In this document: positions 9,574 to 16,519 of the stretch, piece by piece
Layout of the letters: every line of letters begins with the position of its first letter
How positions within the stretch are numbered: the first letter of the stretch is position 1
Source: Erysipelothrix inopinata
GTDB taxonomy: Bacteria; Bacillota_I; Bacilli_A; Erysipelotrichales; Erysipelotrichaceae
DNA: 32,000 nt
Reading direction: 5' to 3'
NCBI RefSeq assembly: GCF_014396165.1
Contig: NZ_CP060715.1
Coordinates: forward strand, 390,001-422,000
Translations under genes and position numbers: made by a program
Notes under the pieces: generated by a model
The model's database searches: none
What the model saw: only the letters and a program-made list of their open reading frames with translations
What the model was told of the DNA's origin: nothing

Positions 9574-10002
9574 CTATACTTTCTTTACAATAAGTTTAAC
9601 ACCTTCAAGGGCTAAAACTTCAACTGTTTCATTTTTTTCTATTTCGCTTTGATCAACCGTTGTTACTGACCAATCAACCCCATTCACTTTTATTGTACCC
9701 CATTGATCTTCTTTTATGGCTTCGGACAATTTAAATTGTCTTCCGATCAAACGATCAGCATTCGTAGAAATAGAGTTTCCGCGTAATGCTTTTGCGGTAA
9801 TTGGTCTAATTAAGAATAACGATAATAACGATGTGACTCCGAACACAATAACTTGAATCAAAATATTGTCTGTCCACATACTCGTTAACATCGCAAAGAA
9901 TGCACCGATAGCAAACCAAACAGAGATTAAGTTACCAACCGTTATTAACTCAAACACAACCATGAATACCATGACAATAAGCCAAATTTGTAATTGAGTC
10001 AT
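9574..10002 (-). CDS. NfeD-family membrane protein (short form, C-terminal OB-fold)
   Basis: 142 aa with three N-terminal TM helices and a C-terminal soluble beta-rich domain (GTIKVNGVDWSVTT...VEVLALEGVKLIVKKV). It sits immediately upstream of the SPFH gene, the classic NfeD-SPFH pair. Confidence 0.85.
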   Translation of the reverse strand: MTQLQIWLIVMVFMVVFELITVGNLISVWFAIGAFFAMLTSMWTDNILIQVIVFGVTSLLSLFLIRPITAKALRGNSISTNADRLIGRQFKLSEAIKEDQWGTIKVNGVDWSVTTVDQSEIEKNETVEVLALEGVKLIVKKV

Positions 10003-10379
10003 CCAATCACCCCTTTCGTATTAATTGCATCTAAATCAAAGACAAGTGTATGTTGATGGTCATCATATTCAGCAATAACTTTCTGACCATCAAGTGGTTT
10101 ATTAATTTTCGAGGCAATTAAATCACAAAGCGCACGATTATTAATTTTCGCATATCCTTTACCAATTGAAATTTTATGCAAGTTTTGTTTTGGATACGCA
10201 TTAAGTTCTAAATCACGTTTTGTGACAGGTTTAATTCCAACTTTGCCATCGTCAGAAAATCCAACGAGAACAAATTGACTGTCAACAAAGTGTACCATAG
10301 CATTTTGATTTAATGTAAGACTGCGATCACTTAACGTAACAATTTCTAATTCTGCATTTCCGGTTACCCATTCAAACAT
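9999..10379 (-). CDS. Hypothetical soluble protein, translationally coupled to NfeD (possible tandem AbrB/MazE-like beta domains)
   Basis: 126 aa counted from ATG 10379 (AAGGAGG 6 nt upstream). The track ORF extends 16 codons further through a basic KKRKK tail that precedes the SD. The stop overlaps the NfeD start (ATGA). No TM segments and no motif that I recognise with certainty. Confidence 0.7.
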   Translation of the reverse strand: MFEWVTGNAELEIVTLSDRSLTLNQNAMVHFVDSQFVLVGFSDDGKVGIKPVTKRDLELNAYPKQNLHKISIGKGYAKINNRALCDLIASKINKPLDGQKVIAEYDDHQHTLVFDLDAINTKGVIG

Positions 10380-10399
10380 ATTCCGCCTCCTTTTCTTAT

Positions 10400-10427
10400 A
10401 TGATATCACTTTTTTCCTTTTTTTCAA
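10400..10427 (-). promoter_or_regulatory. Candidate sigma-A promoter for the hypothetical-NfeD-SPFH operon
   Basis: The minus strand has TTGAAA (10427..10422), a 16-nt spacer ending in TGA, then TATCAT (10405..10400). It lies about 20 nt upstream of the SD and just downstream of the preceding terminator. Confidence 0.5.
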
Positions 10428-10453
10428 TCATTTCACAAATCTTTCATCTACAA

Positions 10454-10482
10454 TAAAAAAAGACTCCAGTTACCTGAAATCT
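10454..10482 (-). terminator. Rho-independent terminator after the HAD hydrolase gene
   Basis: The minus strand reads AGAUUUCAG-GUAA-CUGGAGUCU (9 bp including two G-U pairs) followed by UUUUUU. Confidence 0.7.
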
Positions 10483-10495
10483 CTTAAGTTACTTA

Positions 10496-11047
10496 TTACC
10501 AATCAAGAAGCTCATTTCCCTTAACAAGGAAGCTCTTTGTCGCATATTGTGCTAATGGATCATCAGAATAAGAATCGGAATAAAATTCTTCCATATCTTT
10601 AAGATCAAACTTTTCTTCAAATCGTTTCACTTTTTCCGCACCATAACAATTTGGTCTCAAGTTTTTCCCATTTCTAGGATCTACTACTGAACCAATAAGA
10701 TGAATATTTAGTTCATCACAGATAGGTTTTAAAAAGAATTCTGGTGAAGCAGACACGATAACATCATCATCACGTCTTTGCTCTAAATACCAAGGTTTCA
10801 ATTTTTTTCTATTTTCATTCCAAAAGTCTGTAATCACTTTATTGAGATTATCAATATCTGCCATATACTCATAAAAAATTGTTTTCATTTCTGTTTTTGT
10901 AATTTTTCCTCGTTTGTAATCAAACATAGCTTTTGTTTGTTTTGGCCAATGTTTCATTAATCCCAATTGATTTTTCAAACAATATTTATAAAAATCCACC
11001 GAGCTATCGCCATCATAAATTGTTTTATCAAAATCATATACGTTCAT
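10496..11047 (-). CDS. HAD-superfamily hydrolase (HAD-IB-like)
   Basis: N-terminal DxDxT motif (VYDFDKTIYDGDS), a later SASPEFF, and a C-terminal acidic motif (YSDSYSDDPL). The start overlaps the exonuclease gene end by 14 nt. Confidence 0.8.
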   Translation of the reverse strand: MNVYDFDKTIYDGDSSVDFYKYCLKNQLGLMKHWPKQTKAMFDYKRGKITKTEMKTIFYEYMADIDNLNKVITDFWNENRKKLKPWYLEQRRDDDVIVSASPEFFLKPICDELNIHLIGSVVDPRNGKNLRPNCYGAEKVKRFEEKFDLKDMEEFYSDSYSDDPLAQYATKSFLVKGNELLDW

Positions 11048-11621
11048 AAAATTTGGTCTCCTTTTGTTTCTGTTCCTTTAACATCACAAATCGATCTTTA
11101 AGTGCTATATAGACCTGACTTGTTTGTTCACAATCTTCAAGTGCACGATGTCCCACTTTTCGTTCAACATCAAAGTACCGACAGAGTGTTTCTAATTTAT
11201 GGTTTTCTATGTCTTGTAGAATAAGTCTTGAAATACGTAATGTATCTACCATATCATTTTGTAATCCGTATCCACGTTTGTATTCAATTGCTTCACTCAC
11301 AAGATTGTAATCAAAAGCTACATTATGACCTAAAATAATATCATCACCAATAAACGCTACAATACGCTCTATCACATCATCAATATGAGGGGCATTTTCT
11401 ACCATCTCATCCGTTATTCCAGTTAGTGATACAACATAAGGGAGAATGGTATTCTCCGGTTTAATCAAAAATGATAATGAATCTACTTTTTTATAGTTTC
11501 TATATTTTACTGCACTTACTTCAGTTATGTCTCTTGATTTATTACTGCGACCCGTTGTTTCCAAATCTATCGTGGTAAAATTAGGCACAAATTTCAAGAG
11601 GTTTTTTCCACTATTAGCCAT
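11034..11621 (-). CDS. DnaQ-like 3'-5' exonuclease (DEDDh, Pol III epsilon-like stand-alone domain)
   Basis: Exo I TIDLETTG, Exo II LGHNVAFDYNL, Exo III HRALEDCEQT. The start is set at ATG 11621 (GAGG about 6 nt upstream). Confidence 0.85.
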   Translation of the reverse strand: MANSGKNLLKFVPNFTTIDLETTGRSNKSRDITEVSAVKYRNYKKVDSLSFLIKPENTILPYVVSLTGITDEMVENAPHIDDVIERIVAFIGDDIILGHNVAFDYNLVSEAIEYKRGYGLQNDMVDTLRISRLILQDIENHKLETLCRYFDVERKVGHRALEDCEQTSQVYIALKDRFVMLKEQKQKETKFYERI

Positions 11622-11666
11622 AATATTCCTCAATTCTTATTCTATTGTAACATACCTTTCAAGATA

Positions 11667-11696
11667 AGAAAAAACTGTAATCCGAAGATTACAGTT
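11667..11696 (-). terminator. Rho-independent terminator closing the ATPase-TrkA-TrkA operon
   Basis: The minus strand reads AACTGTAATC-TTCG-GATTACAGTT followed by TTTTTTC. The stem overlaps the stop codon of the short TrkA gene. Confidence 0.85.
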
Positions 11697-12099
11697 AAAT
11701 TTCATCAAATACAATGTGTCCAAGAATATCTGCTTGATTAACTTTTTTATCAACACCCATTTCGATAGTGAAGAGCCAATCATTTTTTGGATTATTCACA
11801 CGAGCAATTACTTTATTGATGCCGTATTCATATTTCGCAATCGTAGCAACCACAAGGTTTGCTTCATCATTACCCGTTACGACAGCAAGTACGTCCGTAT
11901 CATCAACATGTGCTTGTTCAAGAATTTGTGTATCTGAACCATCTCCACAAATAATCATAGATTCTGGAAACTCAGATCTTAACTTTTCAAGGACTGCAGG
12001 ACGATTATCAACAATCAAAACCTGGCAGCCTTTTTCGATGAGTAAATGAGCGAGGTAGGAACCAACTTGTCCCCCTCCGATTATAATAACTTTTTTCAT
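11695..12099 (-). CDS. TrkA-N (RCK N-terminal, NAD-binding) domain-only protein
   Basis: 134 aa with a Rossmann motif IIIGGGQVGSYLA, homologous to the N domain of TrkA/KtrA. No RCK_C domain. Confidence 0.85.
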   Translation of the reverse strand: MKKVIIIGGGQVGSYLAHLLIEKGCQVLIVDNRPAVLEKLRSEFPESMIICGDGSDTQILEQAHVDDTDVLAVVTGNDEANLVVATIAKYEYGINKVIARVNNPKNDWLFTIEMGVDKKVNQADILGHIVFDEI

Positions 12100-12100
12100 T

Positions 12101-12748
12101 TTATAACCCTACTCTTTCTCTAAATTGGTCCATAAATTCATTGAGGACAGATACATGAACAATATCACCACGTTCAAGAACGGTTCCTTTTGTAGGAATC
12201 ATTCCTTTGTTTCTACGTGTTAAGCAAATTACTGTGCTGGATAGTGGTTCAGAAAAATCATCAACCACACGACCCACCATTAATTCTGGAACTTCAATTT
12301 TCACAACATTCACATCACCGTCAGCAAATGACATGATGGTATCAAGTTGATTAAAGTTCAAGAGTTCGATGGTACGTTTGATTCCCCAATCTGTTGTGGA
12401 AATCGTACGTAATCCTAGCATATTATAAATTTCAGCTTTACGTGGATCATAAAGTCTTGTAATAACTTGAGGTACGCGATAGATGTTCTTTGCAATACGT
12501 CCGATAAGTGCATTGGTTGTATCTTTACTTGTACAAACCACGACTGCATCAGCACGGTCGATACCTGCTTTTTCTAGTACTTCTTTATCAAACCCAACAC
12601 CAACTACTTTAGTTCCTGTAAAGTCACGTCCTAATTTATTTAGAGCTTCTGCATGATCATCGATTACGGTGATATCATGCTTACCTTTAGAGAGTTCTAG
12701 CGCAAGGGTTGAACCCATACGGCCACTACCAATAATGATTACTTTCAT
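12101..12748 (-). CDS. TrkA/KtrA-like RCK protein (RCK_N plus RCK_C)
   Basis: 215 aa with a Rossmann motif IIIGSGRMGSTLA and a C-terminal TrkA-C-like beta domain (VKIEVPELMVGRVVDDF...LERGDIVHVSV). Confidence 0.9.
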   Translation of the reverse strand: MKVIIIGSGRMGSTLALELSKGKHDITVIDDHAEALNKLGRDFTGTKVVGVGFDKEVLEKAGIDRADAVVVCTSKDTTNALIGRIAKNIYRVPQVITRLYDPRKAEIYNMLGLRTISTTDWGIKRTIELLNFNQLDTIMSFADGDVNVVKIEVPELMVGRVVDDFSEPLSSTVICLTRRNKGMIPTKGTVLERGDIVHVSVLNEFMDQFRERVGL

Positions 12749-12750
12749 TT

Positions 12751-15546
12751 TTATTGCTCCTCCTTTTGTACTTTATTTCGAACAATTTTCTTACGATACT
12801 CTTCGATTAAGAATACTGGAATAGGAATGATTGCGAGAATAATCCATTCGGTTACTCCTAAAGGCGCTGTATCAAAAATGCTTTGCATGAATGGCACATA
12901 CATCATAAATGCCATTAAGAATATTTCAAATACAATTCCAATTAAAACTTTTTTATTACTAAAGATACCCATCTTAAAGACGGATTGTTTTTCAGTACGA
13001 CAGTTAAGCACCGCACCAATTTGACAGAATACAATCGCAGCAAGTGTCATCGTGGTTGCTTGACGGTAGACAAGGCCATCTGCTGCAAGATTACTGAATG
13101 AATAACCATTTTTAAAGTTGATGTAGAAGTAACATGCCATTGCGATAATTGATGCAATTAGTCCGTACCATAAGAATGCCTTGATGATTGTTTTCTTATT
13201 TAATAATGAGTCATCACGTGATCGTGGTGGTACATTCATAATTCCTGCTTCAGGAAGCTCTGTACCAAGACCTAAGGCTGGTAGCATATCTGTACCTAAA
13301 TCGATGGCTAGAATTTGCATTACAGTCAACGGTAATGGAATACCACCTCTCGAGAACAAGAACGCTGCAGAGGGTACTGCTTCAGACATATTACTATTTA
13401 AAATATAGGTTAAAAACTTACGAATATTACTATATACGGTACGTCCTTCTTCAACTGCTTTAACTATTGAAGCAAAGTTATCATCCGTTAAAATAACATC
13501 GGCTGCTTCTTTCGCAACATCCGTACCTGTAATACCCATTGCAACTCCGATATCTGCTTTCTTAAGAGCTGGAGCATCATTAACACCATCACCTGTAACG
13601 GCAACGATGTGATCCATCGTTTGAAGACAAGAAACAACACGGTATTTTTGTTCAGGAGCGACACGCGCAAAGATAACTTCTTCTTCTAGTGCTTCTTGAA
13701 GCTGTTCGTCTGAAAGTTCATAGAGTTCTTTACCAGTGATAACACGAGGATTTTCACCATGAACTATCCCAATTTGCTTTGCAATACTTTCAGCTGTAAG
13801 ACCATAATCACCTGTGATCATGATAATACGAATGCTTGCCTTATGACATAACTCAACAGCGTCTTTAACTTCTGGACGTGCAGGGTCAGACATAGCCATC
13901 AATCCAACAAAGACAAGATCTTCTTCGATTAATTCCGGAGTATAAGCACTCATTGCTTTCGGTAGATTATCAACTTCATTTAAGTTTCGATAAGCAAATG
14001 CAAGAACACGAAGTCCTTTTCGAGCATAGCTATCATTGGCTTCCATAATTTCTTGACGTTCTGATTCTGTAATATCACGAACCATACCACCCACTAATAT
14101 TTTGTTAGAGAGTTCCATAACTTCTTTAGGAGCACCTTTAACATAAGCCAAACGTTCTCCAAAACTTTGGTGTACCGTAGTCATTCTCTTACGACTTGAA
14201 TCAAATGGCAACTCACGAAGTCTTGGTTCATTTTTAAATATTTCTTCGAGTGAATAACCCGATTTTTGAGCAACAACAGAAAGACACGCTTCTGTTGGAT
14301 CACCTAAAACTGTGTAACGATCTGATTCTTCTGAAGGAGGTAAAATTTTCGCATTGTTGCAAAGTGCTGACAAGCGAATTAATGTATCAAGATCTTTATT
14401 TCCTTTTACATTAACACTTGCGCCATTCACTTCCACATTACCTTCTGGCGCATAACCCAATCCGGTAACATCATATTCACCGTCAACAGTCCATAAATTA
14501 CTTACTGTCATTTCATTTTGAGTTAAAGTACCTGTTTTATCTGAACAGATAACAGTTGTACAACCAAGTGTTTCCACAGCAGATAGTTTCTTAACAAGTG
14601 CATGTTCTTTCGACATTCTTTGTACTGCCATTGCAAGTGATAATGTAACAGTTGGTAAGAGACCTTCTGGAATAAAAGCAACAATCATTCCCAATGCAAA
14701 GATAAATGATTTCGCAAAACCATCTTTTACAAAGAATACAGATACAACAAAGAATACGACACCAATACCTAAAGCAATTAATGATATTTGCTTTGTAAGC
14801 ACATTTAATTCTTTTTGAAGAGGACTGAGTTCCTCCTCCATGTTTTGAGTAAGGTCCGCAATTTTACCAAATTCCGTTTCCATTGCTGTCGCAATAACGA
14901 CTGCCTTACCGGTTCCACTGGATACCGATGTTCCAGCATGAATCATGTTAGATATTTCAAAGGGTGATAAACCTTCTTTTAAAACCGCGTCACTAACCTT
15001 TCTCACTGGATTTGATTCACCAGTAAGTGTTGATTGATCAACTTGTAGATCACTAGCTTCAATGAGACGTGCATCGACGGAAATCTTATCACCTTCCGCA
15101 ACTAATACAATATCACCAGGAACGAGATCCTCTGCAAGGATTTGTTGTTCTTCACCATTTCTAACGACTCGGGCATACGACGGAAGCATGTTCTTGAGTG
15201 CATCCGTTGCTTTTCCCGCTTGAAACTCTTGCCAAAAACTAAACAAACCATTGATGATGTTTACACACCATACCGCAATACCAAGTTGAGGCATCTCTGC
15301 AATAATCGCAATAATACCACTTGCCCAAAGCAAGAGAGCCATCATACTTGTGAAGTTCGCCAAGAATACTAAGATTAGGGGTTTCCCTTTAACCTCTTTT
15401 AACTTATTCTTACCAAACATCGATATTCTCTTATCAATTTCTTGATTACTTAACCCTGTTTCTTCAAGGTTCAAATGACTTAAGACATCCGTATTCGCAA
15501 CGCGATAGATATCTTTGGAGTCACTAATAATCTCTTCTTTTTCCAT
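12751..15546 (-). CDS. Cation-translocating P-type ATPase, type P2 (Na,K-ATPase alpha-like / P2C-like)
   Basis: Motifs seen: TGES (LTGESNPV), the phosphorylation site ICSDKTGTLTQNEMTV, KGAPE-like VKGAPKEV, MITGD, the hinge VTGDGVNDAPALKKADIGVAMG, TM4 IPEGLLPTVT, TM5 NSNMSE, and TM6 IDLGTDMLPA. The start is set at ATG 15546; the track start is a TTG two codons upstream. Confidence 0.95.
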   Translation of the reverse strand: MEKEEIISDSKDIYRVANTDVLSHLNLEETGLSNQEIDKRISMFGKNKLKEVKGKPLILVFLANFTSMMALLLWASGIIAIIAEMPQLGIAVWCVNIINGLFSFWQEFQAGKATDALKNMLPSYARVVRNGEEQQILAEDLVPGDIVLVAEGDKISVDARLIEASDLQVDQSTLTGESNPVRKVSDAVLKEGLSPFEISNMIHAGTSVSSGTGKAVVIATAMETEFGKIADLTQNMEEELSPLQKELNVLTKQISLIALGIGVVFFVVSVFFVKDGFAKSFIFALGMIVAFIPEGLLPTVTLSLAMAVQRMSKEHALVKKLSAVETLGCTTVICSDKTGTLTQNEMTVSNLWTVDGEYDVTGLGYAPEGNVEVNGASVNVKGNKDLDTLIRLSALCNNAKILPPSEESDRYTVLGDPTEACLSVVAQKSGYSLEEIFKNEPRLRELPFDSSRKRMTTVHQSFGERLAYVKGAPKEVMELSNKILVGGMVRDITESERQEIMEANDSYARKGLRVLAFAYRNLNEVDNLPKAMSAYTPELIEEDLVFVGLMAMSDPARPEVKDAVELCHKASIRIIMITGDYGLTAESIAKQIGIVHGENPRVITGKELYELSDEQLQEALEEEVIFARVAPEQKYRVVSCLQTMDHIVAVTGDGVNDAPALKKADIGVAMGITGTDVAKEAADVILTDDNFASIVKAVEEGRTVYSNIRKFLTYILNSNMSEAVPSAAFLFSRGGIPLPLTVMQILAIDLGTDMLPALGLGTELPEAGIMNVPPRSRDDSLLNKKTIIKAFLWYGLIASIIAMACYFYINFKNGYSFSNLAADGLVYRQATTMTLAAIVFCQIGAVLNCRTEKQSVFKMGIFSNKKVLIGIVFEIFLMAFMMYVPFMQSIFDTAPLGVTEWIILAIIPIPVFLIEEYRKKIVRNKVQKEEQ

Positions 15547-15582
15547 GTGCAATTTTGTCCTAATCGCCTTTCTACTTGAACA

Positions 15583-15610
15583 AATATACTCTTTTTTTTT
15601 GAAAAGTAAA
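15583..15610 (-). promoter_or_regulatory. Candidate promoter of the P-type ATPase operon
   Basis: The minus strand has TTTACT (15610..15605), a 16-nt spacer, then TATATT (15588..15583), about 35 nt upstream of the ATG. Confidence 0.4.
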
Positions 15611-15748
15611 TATATTTAATCTCGATTTTAGAAAAATTTTATTAGTTTCACCAATTGTTCATATGTAAGCGCAAATCATAACAAAACATTATGGGTTTTG
15701 TTAATTTTTGTTAATAATTCTCCACCTCTTTTCTTTTTGATTTGACGA

Positions 15749-15786
15749 TAAAAAAATAGAAGTATCCAGTATTTTGATACTTCTAT
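15749..15786 (-). terminator. Rho-independent terminator after the smpB-downstream small ORF
   Basis: The minus strand reads ATAGAAGTATC-(9 nt loop)-GATACTTCTAT followed by TTTTTTT. Confidence 0.8.
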
Positions 15787-15798
15787 TATAGTTGGTTT

Positions 15799-16074
15799 TT
15801 AACTTTTTTTCACGCTATCACTTATGAGACTTTTTTCACTTATATAATAGATTAAAAAGATTCCTTGAATCACGATATAGAGACCGAGACGGCCATGGTT
15901 CCATAGAATCACTCGCGGTCCATCACGGACAACACCCAAAGGTGGGGTTGAACCAGTTGCAATATCCTTCACACCATTTGTAGGTGTCCAAAACGGAAGA
16001 TACCATACAAGCATCATAAGAACAACAAGATTAAGAATAACTCCCTTACCTTTACGACCCAAAAAACGAATCAT
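15799..16074 (-). CDS. Hypothetical small membrane protein (two predicted TM segments)
   Basis: A 91-aa ORF starting 1 nt after the smpB stop and followed by a strong terminator. Hydrophobic stretches: VILNLVVLMMLVWYLPFW and LGLYIVIQGIFLIYYI. No family recognised, and there is no obvious SD, so coding status is uncertain. Confidence 0.45.
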   Translation of the reverse strand: MIRFLGRKGKGVILNLVVLMMLVWYLPFWTPTNGVKDIATGSTPPLGVVRDGPRVILWNHGRLGLYIVIQGIFLIYYISEKSLISDSVKKS

Positions 16075-16075
16075 T

Positions 16076-16519
16076 TTAATAACGTTTCATCGCTTTTTGA
16101 ATATCACGATTCATAGAACGTTCTTTTTCAACTTGTCGCTTATCAAACAAATGTTTTCCTTTTGCAAGCGCAATTTTCATCTTTGCACGACCTCGGACCA
16201 AGTGAATATCCAAAGGTACAATCGTGTATCCTTTAATGCGTTCAGCTTTATCAAGTTTTTCTATTTCATAATCATGAAGAAGCAGTTTTCGATCTGCAAC
16301 CTCCTCATGATTGAAACGATTTCCCTGATCGTATTGTGCAATGTGCATCCCTTTAATCCACGCTTCACCATCTTTGATTGAAATGAAGGATTCTTTAAGT
16401 TGTACTTTACCATCACGAATTGATTTGATTTCAGTTCCAGTTAATACCATTCCTGCTTCAAACTCATCCTCAATAAAGTAATCGTGATAAGCCTTACGAT
16501 TTTTTGCGACGACGACCAT
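16076..16519 (-). CDS. smpB: SsrA-binding protein SmpB
   Basis: 147 aa with NRKAYHDYFIEDEFEAGMVLTGTEIKSIR and a basic C-terminal tail. The start overlaps the rnr 3' end by 26 nt. Confidence 0.95.
   Translation of the reverse strand: MVVVAKNRKAYHDYFIEDEFEAGMVLTGTEIKSIRDGKVQLKESFISIKDGEAWIKGMHIAQYDQGNRFNHEEVADRKLLLHDYEIEKLDKAERIKGYTIVPLDIHLVRGRAKMKIALAKGKHLFDKRQVEKERSMNRDIQKAMKRY

Noticed and set aside
15553-15798. Riboswitch (for example c-di-AMP/ydaO-type or M-box) upstream of the P-type ATPase/RCK operon
   Set aside because: The region is almost pure A/T with only one modest hairpin (AACAAAAC...GTTTTGTT). The conserved GC-rich cores of those riboswitch classes are absent, and the best promoter candidate leaves only a roughly 35-nt leader.
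15553-16075. Expected tmRNA (ssrA) downstream of smpB
   Set aside because: On either strand I found no GGGG...TTCGAC 5' end, no tRNA-like 3' end (GGTTCGA-type T-loop followed by CTCCACCA), and no tag-peptide reading frame. The only vaguely T-loop-like string (GGTTCAACCCCACC, minus strand near 15945) lacks a pairing stem and a CCA end. A covariance-model scan would be the decisive test.
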